From Dehalococcoidia bacterium (lineage in GTDB: Bacteria; Chloroflexota; Dehalococcoidia; Bin125): DNA of 64,000 nucleotides. Where the stretch lies: assembly GCA_965217625.1 (NCBI GenBank), contig OZ244557.1, forward strand, positions 208,082-272,081, read 5' to 3'. The position numbers and the translations under genes were made by a program. A model generated the notes under the pieces. It saw only the letters and a program-made list of their open reading frames with translations, did no database searches and was not told where the DNA came from. Below, piece by piece: positions 1 through 10,021 of the stretch (the first letter of the stretch is position 1; each line of letters opens with the position of its first letter).

Positions 1-522
1 CAGCTCGACGGCGCGATCCCGGCCGAGTTGGGCGCGCTGGGCGCCCTGGAGTCGCTGTCGCTGAGCGACAACCAACTCACGGGCCCGATCCCGGCGTCGC
101 TGGGCGAGTTGCGCGCGCTGACGCTCCTGGCGTTGAGCGACAACCAACTGAGCGGCGCGATCCCGGCGTCGCTGGGCGGGCTGGTCGAGCTGACGCTGCT
201 GTCGCTGCGGGACAACCAGCTGACCGGCGCCATCCCGGCGGCCTTGGGCGGGCTGCCCAACGTGATCGGCCTCTACCTGAACGGCAACGAGTTGACCGGC
301 CCCATCCCGCCGGCGCTCGGCGACATGGGCGGCCTGCAGTACCTCTCCCTCAACGACAACCAACTCAGCGGCCCCATCCCCGCCGAACTGGCGATGCTGG
401 CCGGGCTGCAGTCCCTGCGACTGAGCGGCAACCCCGGCCTCAGCGGCTGCGTCCCCGCGTCGCTCCGGGCCGTCGCGACGAACGACCTCGCCGAGATCCC
501 CCTACCCGACTGTTCGCCGTAG
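1..522 (+). CDS. C-terminal fragment of a leucine-rich-repeat protein, 5' end cut by the window edge. It has 24-residue plant-specific-type repeats (LxxLxLxxNxLTGxIPxxLGxLxx) and ends in a Cys-containing cap (SGNPGLSGCVPASLRAV..LPDCSP).
   Basis: The ORF-track translation shows perfect 24-aa periodicity (72-bp DNA periodicity). The C-terminal cap is shared with the two LRR genes at 5834-9835. The reading frame is open from base 1. Confidence 0.7.
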   Translation, partial: QLDGAIPAELGALGALESLSLSDNQLTGPIPASLGELRALTLLALSDNQLSGAIPASLGGLVELTLLSLRDNQLTGAIPAALGGLPNVIGLYLNGNELTGPIPPALGDMGGLQYLSLNDNQLSGPIPAELAMLAGLQSLRLSGNPGLSGCVPASLRAVATNDLAEIPLPDCSP

Positions 523-628
523 CCCGGGCAGCGGGACGTCCGGGATCGCCCGCGTGTAGGATGACCGCGACGGTGTGTGCTATTTTCGCACACACGGACT
601 TGAGGGGCTGGAACCCAAGGACACTGCC

Positions 629-1750
629 ATGACTCCCGGAACCCTTTCGGACTGGCCCGCCGTCGGCGCTCGTGTGACGCAAGCACGCCGCGCGCTGAGT
701 CTGACGCAGGAGCAGCTGGGGGCCACGGTCGGGCTGGGCCGCACCGTGATCGCCAAGATCGAAGGCGGGAATCGGACGTTGAGCGCGCTGGAACTCGCGC
801 AGTTGGCGCAGGCGACCGACCTCCCGATCGATTGGTTCGTGACCGAGTCCCCACCCGTCGTCGCCAGTCATCGCTCCGCCGACCCGTCGATGACGCACCT
901 GGTCGATCTGCGAGTCGAAGCGCTCACTCGCGAAGTCATGCAACTGCTTGAAGCGGACCTGTTGAAGCCGGCGGAGGGCGGGATCCGCCTCGCGCTGCCC
1001 CGGGACGTCGCGGAGGCGGAACGGGCGGCGATGGCGGTGCGGGAACATCTCGGCCTCGACGAGGAGGCCGTCATCGATCTCGGCGCCGCGGCCGAGAAGC
1101 TGAGTCTCTTCGCCTACTCGCTCGCGCTGCCCGGAAGTCAGGCCGACGGGGCCTACGTCGCCGCCGGCGAACGGGCCGGCGTGGCCCTGATCAACGGTGT
1201 GCATCCATCGGGACGGCGTCGCTTCACGCTGGCGCACGAGATCGGGCATCACGTCTTCCAGGACGAATACGCGATCGACCAGGACTTGGACACCGACACC
1301 GAGCGCCTGATCAACGCCTTCGCGATCCACCTGCTGCTGCCTCGGGCCGGGCTGCTGCGGCGGTGGGACGCGCTCAGCGGGCCGGACGACCACCGGCACG
1401 CGGCCATCGTCATCGCGGCGGAGAGTCGCGTGAGTTGGACCGCCCTGTGCGGGCACCTGGTCAATTTCGGCCTGCTGGGCCAACACGCGGGTGAGGTTCT
1501 GGGGGAGGCGCCGCCGAGCGCGCGGGAATACGCCGCGCTCGGCATCTCCATCGCCGAGGAGTTGGTCGCCCCCGCGATCCCTCAATCGATCCGGCGAGCC
1601 GTGTTTCGCGGCTACCGGCGGCATCGGCTCGGAACGGGCAGGGCACTGGAGCTTCTGCACGGCGCCGTGACGGAAGACGATCTGCCCGAACAAGACCAGA
1701 TCCCGCTTGAAGCCTTGGCGGGTGAGTTGCGGAGCCGGTCGCCAGCGTGA
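629..1750 (+). CDS. Fusion of an XRE-family HTH regulator with an ImmA/IrrE-type (M78, COG2856-like) zinc metallopeptidase
   Basis: The N-terminus has an HTH_XRE signature (LSLTQEQLGATVGLGRTVIAKIEGGNRTLSALELAQLAQATDLPIDWF). The centre has the HEXXH motif in RFTLAHEIGHHVFQDEY. The ATG at 629 is the first Met after upstream low-complexity sequence. Confidence 0.75.
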   Translation: MTPGTLSDWPAVGARVTQARRALSLTQEQLGATVGLGRTVIAKIEGGNRTLSALELAQLAQATDLPIDWFVTESPPVVASHRSADPSMTHLVDLRVEALTREVMQLLEADLLKPAEGGIRLALPRDVAEAERAAMAVREHLGLDEEAVIDLGAAAEKLSLFAYSLALPGSQADGAYVAAGERAGVALINGVHPSGRRRFTLAHEIGHHVFQDEYAIDQDLDTDTERLINAFAIHLLLPRAGLLRRWDALSGPDDHRHAAIVIAAESRVSWTALCGHLVNFGLLGQHAGEVLGEAPPSAREYAALGISIAEELVAPAIPQSIRRAVFRGYRRHRLGTGRALELLHGAVTEDDLPEQDQIPLEALAGELRSRSPA

Positions 1751-2292
1751 CGCCGGCCGCCGTCTTTGTCTTCGATGCGGGACCGCTGAGCTACTTCGCT
1801 CGCGCCGGCCGGATGGATGTGCTCCACGACGTCTGCGGCGATGCCCGCTGCGTCGTCACCGATGAGGTGGCCCGGGAGCTGGAACAGGGCGCCTCTGCCT
1901 ATCCGGCATTGCGCGCCGCTCTCGATGCAGAGTGGCTCAAGCGCGTCCGCCTCGCGAGCCTCGACGAACTCGGAGTCTTCGCGGAGTACGCCCGGGTTCT
2001 CGGTTCATCCAGGGAACGGGATCGCGGCGAAGCGGCGACGCTGGCGTGGGCCGAACTCCACGCAGCAACGGCCATCGTGGACGATCGGGCCGGCGTGAAC
2101 ACCGGGCGGGCCAGGGGAGTTCCGGTCCATGGGACGCTGTGGCTCGTGATCCAGGGGTTGCGGCGTGGACGGCTGACGGAGCCGGATGCAACGGCCCTCG
2201 TTGCAGCGTTCCTGGAAGCAGGCCAATGGCTCCCGTTCGAGGGTGCTGAGGAGTTCATACCCTGGGCACGCCGAGAGTTCCTGCTCGACTAG
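1747..2292 (+). CDS. PIN-like nucleic-acid-binding protein (DUF3368/COG2405-like). Its GTG start overlaps the stop of the ImmA-like gene.
   Basis: The N-terminus VFVFDAGPLSYFARAGRMDVLHDV...VVTDEVARELEQG resembles PIN-like DUF3368 proteins. There is a 4-nt GTGA start/stop overlap with the upstream gene, which suggests translational coupling. Confidence 0.5.
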   Translation: MTPAAVFVFDAGPLSYFARAGRMDVLHDVCGDARCVVTDEVARELEQGASAYPALRAALDAEWLKRVRLASLDELGVFAEYARVLGSSRERDRGEAATLAWAELHAATAIVDDRAGVNTGRARGVPVHGTLWLVIQGLRRGRLTEPDATALVAAFLEAGQWLPFEGAEEFIPWARREFLLD

Positions 2293-2327
2293 CGGAGGAG
2301 CCCAGTCGCGCCGCAAATCTCGCAGTC

Positions 2328-2540
2328 TTACGTGTGCGGCGCGGGGGAGAGGCGGATCACCGCGGGGCGAGGCATACCCTCGTCGAAGTAGCAATCGACG
2401 GCCTCGCGGACGTTGGCGCGCACCTCGTCGATGGTCTCGCCCTGGGTGTGGATGCCGTAGCCCAAGGCGCTGGCGGAGTAGCCGCCATCGACCTCGTCCT
2501 CGCTGACCTCGAAGATGATCTCGGTGATGGGGGATGTCAC
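2328..2540 (-). CDS. HicB-like/UPF0150-family antitoxin-fold small protein (no HicA partner seen)
   Basis: Core sequence ITEIIFEVSEDEVDGGYSASALGYGIHTQGETIDEVRANVREAVDCYF matches the HicB/UPF0150 fold family. The likely start is the GTG at 2540. The upstream part of the 101-aa ORF is Arg-rich low-complexity. Confidence 0.55.
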   Translation of the reverse strand: MTSPITEIIFEVSEDEVDGGYSASALGYGIHTQGETIDEVRANVREAVDCYFDEGMPRPAVIRLSPAPHT

Positions 2541-2636
2541 GGCGTCTCCTCTCGCAGGGGGGCGCGCGGCGCGTGCTCGCCGTTCGCCGCGCCCAGGGTA
2601 TCGCCCCGGGAGGGAGTGCGTCCGCGACGCCACCCA

Positions 2637-4433
<1,797 letters not shown>

Positions 4434-4600
4434 GCCCTCACCTCATCTATTGCTCGGCCGTGTGGCCGGCCGATTGGGCGTCGCGACTGACCCGCGACGC
4501 CGGCTCACTGTGCCACGGCGCCCGATCGCGATCAACGCGCGGCGCGGCGGACGCGAGCGCGGGCGGCGTCGCGGATACACTGGCGACCTACACTGGGCGT

Positions 4601-5827
4601 GTGAGCACCCGCATCGATCCGACGACCGCGTCCGCTGCGACCGCCCCGCCCGCGCCGGTCAGCGTGTACGTGCACGTGCCGTTCTGCACGGTCAAGTGCG
4701 CCTACTGCGACTTTAACTCGTACGCCGGCATGGAGGACGCGATCCCGGCCTGGGAGTCGGCGCTGCTGACGGAGCTGCGCGCCTGGGCGCCGGTCGTGGC
4801 GGGCCGGCCCGTGCCGACGGTGTTCATCGGCGGGGGCACGCCCAGTCTGCTGGAGGGCGCGTCGATCGCGCGCATCCTCGACGCCATCCGCGCGGGCTGC
4901 GCGCTCGACGACGGCGCCGAGATCACGCTGGAGGCGAACCCGGAGTCGGTGCAGCCGGAGCGGCTGGCGGCGTACCGGGCGGCGGGCGTGAACCGCCTGT
5001 CGATGGGGGTGCAATCGCTCGACCCGGGCGAACTGGCGTTCCTCGACCGCCTGCACGACGCCGAGCGCGCGCGCTGGGCCTTCGACACGGCGCGCGCGGC
5101 GGGCTTCGACAACATCAACTGCGACCTCATCTTCGGGCTGCCGGGGCAGTCGCCCGCGGCGTGGCGGCGCAGCCTCGACGGGGTCGTGTCGTGGGGCCCC
5201 GACCACCTGTCGTGCTACGGGCTGACGGTCGAGGACGGGACGCCGCTGGCGCAGCGCGTCGCGGAGGGGCGGGTGACCGAGGCGGACCCCGACGTGGTGG
5301 CGGAGATGTCGGAGTGGACCGAGGCGCGGCTGGCGACGCTGGGCTATCGCCAGTACGAGATCAGCAACTGGGCGCGGCCGGCGGCCGGCGGGGCGAGCCG
5401 GGCCTGCCGGCACAATCTCGTCTACTGGCGGCAGGGCGAGTACGTGGGTGTGGGGCCGGGCGCGCACGGCTTCGTCGACGGCGTGCGCTACGCCGTCGAG
5501 CGCAGCCCGGCGCGCTACGTCGCGGCGCTCACCGGGCCAGGCGGCGAGGACGCCCGCTGGGCGGCGGTCGTCTCGCAGGAGGCGGTCGACCCGGCCACGG
5601 CGGCCGTCGATGCGGCCGTGCTGGGCCTGCGCCTCAACGCCGGCATCGACGAGCCAGCCCTGCGCTCCCGTTACGGCGACGCCTGGACCGTCGTCGAGCC
5701 GGGCCTCCGCTGGGGCCTGGAGTCGGGCCTGCTGGAGCGGTCGGAGGGCTCGCTGCGTCTGACGCACCGCGGCCGTCGCCTGGCCAACGAGGTCTTCGTG
5801 CGCGTCGTCGCGCCGGAGGTCGTGTGA
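4601..5827 (+). CDS. hemW: Radical-SAM heme chaperone HemW (HemN-like, oxygen-independent coproporphyrinogen oxidase family)
   Basis: Radical-SAM CxxxCxxC motif (VPFCTVKCAYCDFNSY) and a HemN C-terminal domain. The GTG at 4601 gives about 408 aa. The longer 4460 start adds Arg-rich junk. Confidence 0.85.
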   Translation: MSTRIDPTTASAATAPPAPVSVYVHVPFCTVKCAYCDFNSYAGMEDAIPAWESALLTELRAWAPVVAGRPVPTVFIGGGTPSLLEGASIARILDAIRAGCALDDGAEITLEANPESVQPERLAAYRAAGVNRLSMGVQSLDPGELAFLDRLHDAERARWAFDTARAAGFDNINCDLIFGLPGQSPAAWRRSLDGVVSWGPDHLSCYGLTVEDGTPLAQRVAEGRVTEADPDVVAEMSEWTEARLATLGYRQYEISNWARPAAGGASRACRHNLVYWRQGEYVGVGPGAHGFVDGVRYAVERSPARYVAALTGPGGEDARWAAVVSQEAVDPATAAVDAAVLGLRLNAGIDEPALRSRYGDAWTVVEPGLRWGLESGLLERSEGSLRLTHRGRRLANEVFVRVVAPEVV

Positions 5828-5833
5828 GGGGGG

Positions 5834-8740
5834 TTAGGGGTCGCAGTCGGGGAGGGGGAGTTGGTCGAGGTCGTGGCTGTGGAGGTCGCGGAGGGCGGGG
5901 GGGATGCAGCCGGTCAGACCAGGGTTGCCGCTCAGATGGAGATGCAATAGGTCGTCCAACTCCGCGAACGCCAGGGGGATTGGTCCACTCAGTTGGTTGT
6001 TGTGGAGCAAGAGGGATTCCAGGTGGCGCAGCGACCCCAGTTCCGCCGGAATCGGGCCCGTCAGTTGATTGTCGTTCATAATCAGAATTCCCAACTCCGG
6101 CATTGAGCCCAGCGTCGCCGGGATCGGACCGCTGAGTTGGTTATCGGGCAGATCCAGCCGGTATAGACGCGGCAGGGATCCAAGCTGTGCGGGGATTGGT
6201 CCCGTGAGTTGGTTGCCGCCCAAGTTCAAGTACTCGAGATGCCGCAGCGCCGCTAGTTCGACGGGAATCGGCCCACTCAGTTGGTTGTGAGCAAGATCCA
6301 ACTGCCGCAAGTTGGGCAAGGATCCCAACTCCGAGGGGATCCCGCCCGTCAACTGGTTGCCGGCCAAACGCAGGGTCTTCAGGGTACCCAGGGAGCCGAG
6401 CGCCGCCGGGATCGCACCGCTGAGCAGGTTGTTCTGCAGACGCAGGAACTCCAGGGTGCCCAGGGATCCGAGCGCCGCCGGGATCGCGCCGCTGAGCAGG
6501 TTATCGTTGAGCGACAAGATCTGCAGCCTGGGTAGGGACGCGAGTTCGGCGGGGATCGCTCCGCTCAACTGGTTGTCGCTTAGGTCCAGAACCGAGAGTT
6601 TGGGCAGCGATCCGAGTTGGGCGGGAATCACCCCGGTCAGTCGATTGCGGCCTAGGTACAAGATTTCCAGTGAGTCAAGCGAACTCAACTCTGCCGGGAT
6701 CCCGCCCGTTAACTGGTTGCCGCTCAGGCTGAGGTGCGAAAGTTGGCTAAGGGATCCGAGCCATGCTGGGATCGCGCCGCTCAGCTGATTGCCGTTGAGC
6801 CCCAGGAGTCGCAGATCGCGCAGTGAGCGCAGCGCTGCCGGAATCGGGCCGCGCAGTTGGTTGTGGCTCAGACGCAGGTACTCCAACTCGTGCAGGGATC
6901 CCAGCGCTGCGGGGATCGGGCCAGTCAGCCGGTTGATCCCAAGCGACAGTGTCGTGAGATTGTGCAGGGTGCCCAGCGCCGCCGGGATGGGGCCGCCCAG
7001 TTGGTTGTCACTAAGGCCTAGGGAGGTGAGGTTGCGCAGAAATCCCAACTCCGCCGGGATTCCGCCTGTCAACCGGTTGTGCCCTAGGTACAGGGTCTCC
7101 AGGTCGCGCAGCGATGCCAGTTGCACGGGGATCGGCCCGGTCAGTTCGTTCGCGTCTAACTTCAGTGACCGCAGGGTTCTCATGGACCCCAGCCAGTCCG
7201 GGATCGGGCCCCTGAGATGGTTCCTGCGTAGGCTCAGATTCTCTAGCTTGCGCAGAGAGGCGAGTTCCGCCGGGATGGCGCCACTCAACTGGTTGAAGCC
7301 CAGCGACAGCTGGGTCAGATTGCGCAGAGCCCCCAGCGCCGCCGGGATCGGGCCGCTGAGGTCGTTGCTGTCCAGATCCAGATACCGCAGCTTGCGCAGA
7401 GAGGCGAGCTCCGCCGGAATGGTCCCACTCAACTGGTTGTAGTCCAGCGACAGTTCGGTCAGGTTGCGCAGCGCGCCAAGTGCTACGGGGATCGTCCCCG
7501 TCAGCTGGTTGCCGCGGAGCGACAGGGATTCGAGGTCGTGCAGCGCTCCGAGGTCCGGCGGGAGCAATCCCGTCAGTTCGTTGCGGCTGAGCCGCAAGAC
7601 CCTCAGGCCCGTCAGGCCAGCCAGTTGCGGTGGAATTCGGCCCGTGAGACCACGCAAGTGCAAGTCCAGTCCGGAGACGCGTAGCGGCGTGCCCCCGACG
7701 ATGAGCCCACCCCACTCCGCGATGGGAATGGCGGGATCCCAATTGAGGGGGGCGTCCCCTCGGAGCGTGTCCCGCGCGGCGAGCAGGGCGGCGCAATCCG
7801 AGACGAGGCCGGGGTTGTCGGCGGGGCTGGGCACGGCGACGCCGTTCTCGCAGGGCGGCGGGGGCGGCGGCGGCGGGCAGTCGGGCAGGGGCAGGTCGTC
7901 GAGGTCGTTGGAGGGGACGTCACGTAGCGCAAGCGGGACGCAGCCGCTAAGGCCGGGGTTGCGACTCAACTCCAGGTAGACCAAGTCTCCCAACTCCGCC
8001 AGCGCGGGCGGGATCGGACCGCTGAGGTCGTTGCTGCGCAGATAGAGCGTGGTCAGGAAGCGCAGGGATGCGAGTTCGGCCGGAATCGGGCCGCTGAGTT
8101 GGTTGTGGGACAGGGCCAGATTCCGGAGCGCGGACAGCGCCCCCAGTTCGGACGGGATCGAGCCGCTCAACTCGTTGCTCTGCAGCCACAGCGATTGCAG
8201 TTCCGGCAGGGAGCCCAGGGACGCGGGGATCGCGCCGCTGAGGCCGTTGTTGCTCAGCGCCAGGGACCGCAGCTTGCCCAGCGATCCCAGCGTCGCGGGG
8301 ATCGGACCGCCCAGTTGGTTGTGGTGCAGCCAGAGGTACCACAGGCCGCGCATGTCCCCCAGCGCCGCGGGGATCGGGCCCGACAGTTGGTTGAAGGACA
8401 GATCGAGGCGCCAGAGCGCGTCCAGGCCCGCCAGTCGGGCTGGGATCTGACCCGTGAGACCGTGGCGTGCCAGATCGAGCGTTCGCACGCGCGGCGGCTC
8501 GCCGGAGACGCCGACGCCGTCCCATTCGCGAATCGGCACGGACGCGTCCCAGTTGAGAACAGCGTCGCCGGCGAGGGCGTCCTTCGCGGCCAGCAGGATG
8601 TTGCAGTCGGCTACGAGAGCGGGGTTGAGGACGGCCGTACCGTCCTCGCAGGTGGGGGGCGCGGCCTGGGCCGGGCCGGACGCGAGGCCGGCCAGCAGCA
8701 GCGCGGCGAACAAGAAGAAGGAGAGGGCGCACTTCCGCAC
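5834..8740 (-). CDS. Secreted leucine-rich-repeat protein (968 aa) with two tandem modules. Each module has an N-terminal Cys-cap domain (PTCEDGTAV..DC..LLAAKDAL..LNW), many 24-aa plant-specific-type LRRs, and a C-terminal cap (SGNPGL[ST]GC[IV]P..LPDC). A poly-Pro linker joins the modules.
   Basis: Signal peptide MRKCALSFFLFAALLLAGLASGPAQA. Repeats LxxLxxLxLxxNxLSGxIPxxLGx are visible along the whole protein. The internal duplication is separated by PPPPPPPP. Confidence 0.8.
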   Translation of the reverse strand: MRKCALSFFLFAALLLAGLASGPAQAAPPTCEDGTAVLNPALVADCNILLAAKDALAGDAVLNWDASVPIREWDGVGVSGEPPRVRTLDLARHGLTGQIPARLAGLDALWRLDLSFNQLSGPIPAALGDMRGLWYLWLHHNQLGGPIPATLGSLGKLRSLALSNNGLSGAIPASLGSLPELQSLWLQSNELSGSIPSELGALSALRNLALSHNQLSGPIPAELASLRFLTTLYLRSNDLSGPIPPALAELGDLVYLELSRNPGLSGCVPLALRDVPSNDLDDLPLPDCPPPPPPPPCENGVAVPSPADNPGLVSDCAALLAARDTLRGDAPLNWDPAIPIAEWGGLIVGGTPLRVSGLDLHLRGLTGRIPPQLAGLTGLRVLRLSRNELTGLLPPDLGALHDLESLSLRGNQLTGTIPVALGALRNLTELSLDYNQLSGTIPAELASLRKLRYLDLDSNDLSGPIPAALGALRNLTQLSLGFNQLSGAIPAELASLRKLENLSLRRNHLRGPIPDWLGSMRTLRSLKLDANELTGPIPVQLASLRDLETLYLGHNRLTGGIPAELGFLRNLTSLGLSDNQLGGPIPAALGTLHNLTTLSLGINRLTGPIPAALGSLHELEYLRLSHNQLRGPIPAALRSLRDLRLLGLNGNQLSGAIPAWLGSLSQLSHLSLSGNQLTGGIPAELSSLDSLEILYLGRNRLTGVIPAQLGSLPKLSVLDLSDNQLSGAIPAELASLPRLQILSLNDNLLSGAIPAALGSLGTLEFLRLQNNLLSGAIPAALGSLGTLKTLRLAGNQLTGGIPSELGSLPNLRQLDLAHNQLSGPIPVELAALRHLEYLNLGGNQLTGPIPAQLGSLPRLYRLDLPDNQLSGPIPATLGSMPELGILIMNDNQLTGPIPAELGSLRHLESLLLHNNQLSGPIPLAFAELDDLLHLHLSGNPGLTGCIPPALRDLHSHDLDQLPLPDCDP

Positions 8741-8810
8741 GGATCACCTCGGTCCGTACACGTCGCCCCTGCCCAGGGACACCGTACCGCATCGGGGGCA
8801 GGATGGCACG

Positions 8811-9835
8811 CTAGGGCGGACAGTCCGGCAGACCGACCTCCCCCAGGTCATGGCGACGGACGTCGCGGAGCGACGGGGGGATGCAGCCGGTCAGGCCGGC
8901 GTTGCCGCTCAGCCGCAGCGACGTCAGGTCGGCGAGGGAGGCCAGCCCCGCGGGGATCGGGCCCGTGAGTTGGTTGCCGTCGAGGTGCAGGCGCTTGAGG
9001 CTGTGCAGGCCCGCGAACGAGGCGGGGATCGCGCCGCGCAGCTGGTTCCGCTCGAGCAACAGGTCGAGCACCTCGCTCAGCGACCCGAGCGCTGCCGGGA
9101 TGAGCCCGCTCAGCTGGTTGTCGTGCAGCGAGAGGAGTCGCAGGACGTCCAGCGACCCCAACTCGGCCGGGATGCGGCCCGTCAGCTGGTTCTCGTGCAG
9201 CAGCAGGGAAACCAAGCCGGAGAGCGATCCCAGCGCCGGCGGGATCGCGCCCGTCAGTTGGTTGTCGAAGAGCCACAGGCGCTTGAGGGCGGGCAACGCC
9301 CCCAGTTCCGCCGGGATGCGGCCCGTGAGTTGGTTGTCGTGCAGCCAGATCTCGCGCAGGCTGCGCAGCGACCCCAGCGCGGGCGGGATCGACCCGCTGA
9401 GCTGGTTGGCGTCGAGCCACAGCCGCTCCAGATGGCGCAGCGAGCCCAGCTCGGGCGGGATCGGCCCGGTGAGCCGGTTGTGGTGGAGGCCCAGCTCGCG
9501 AAACTCCCGGACGTTGCGAAGTGCGGCGCGATGCGGCCCGTGAGGCCGCGCGACCGCAGGTGCAGCTTCCACACGCGGGGCGGGTCGCCGCCCAGGCTGA
9601 CGCCGTCCCACTCGGCGATGGGCGTGTCGCCGCCCCAGTTGAGCGGCGTGCGGGCGCTGAACTGCGTCTTGGCGGCGAGCAGGTTGGCGCAGTCGATGAC
9701 GAGGCCGCGGTTGGCATCGGGGTCGGCGACGACGATGCCGTTCTCGCAGGTGGGGGGTGCGGCGTGGGTCGGGCCGGCCGCCAGGCCGGCGAACAGCAGC
9801 GTGGCGAACAAGAAGGAGAAGGCGCACTTGCGCAT
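8811..9835 (-). pseudogene. Third LRR paralog, disrupted by a single-base deletion (-1 frameshift) near 9527-9531, which splits it into ORFs 9254..9835 and 8811..9959
   Basis: The N-terminal ORF encodes the signal peptide MRKCAFSFLFATLLFAGLAAGPTHA and the same N-cap domain. It then runs out of frame after ...GLTGRI. The LRR and C-cap (SGNAGLTGCIPPSLRDV...LPDCPP) continue in another frame. Reconstructing GRIPAALRNV needs one inserted base. Confidence 0.6.
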
Positions 9836-10021
9836 GGATCACCTCGGTCCCGACGCCTCGCCCCTGCCCCGACAGCCTACCCCCAATCCGACGCCGCGCC
9901 GGGCGCGTACTCTCCTCATGAGTGCCCGCCCCCACGGCGACCACTTCCCCCACCGGCACGAGATGCGGTGATAACCTGCCCCCGACGACGGCGGACGGGG
10001 CCTACGAACGAGTGAGGATCG

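Noticed and set aside
440-1693. Long minus-strand ORF (417 aa) antisense to the XRE-ImmA gene, and similar long antisense ORFs (2005..3096 -, 2334..4490 +, 4532..5767 -, 9839..11899 -, 12885..14324 -, 14230..15852 -, 16311..17696 -, 18235..19836 -, 21662..23569 -, 27776..29461 -, 43198..45531 +, 45491..46642 +, 46540..47859 -, 49004..50803 +, 53746..55905 +, 56269..57528 +)
   Set aside because: They are Arg/Ala/Gly/Pro-rich low-complexity translations, typical of stop-codon-poor alternative frames in about 70%-GC DNA. Each overlaps a well-supported gene on the other strand or frame.
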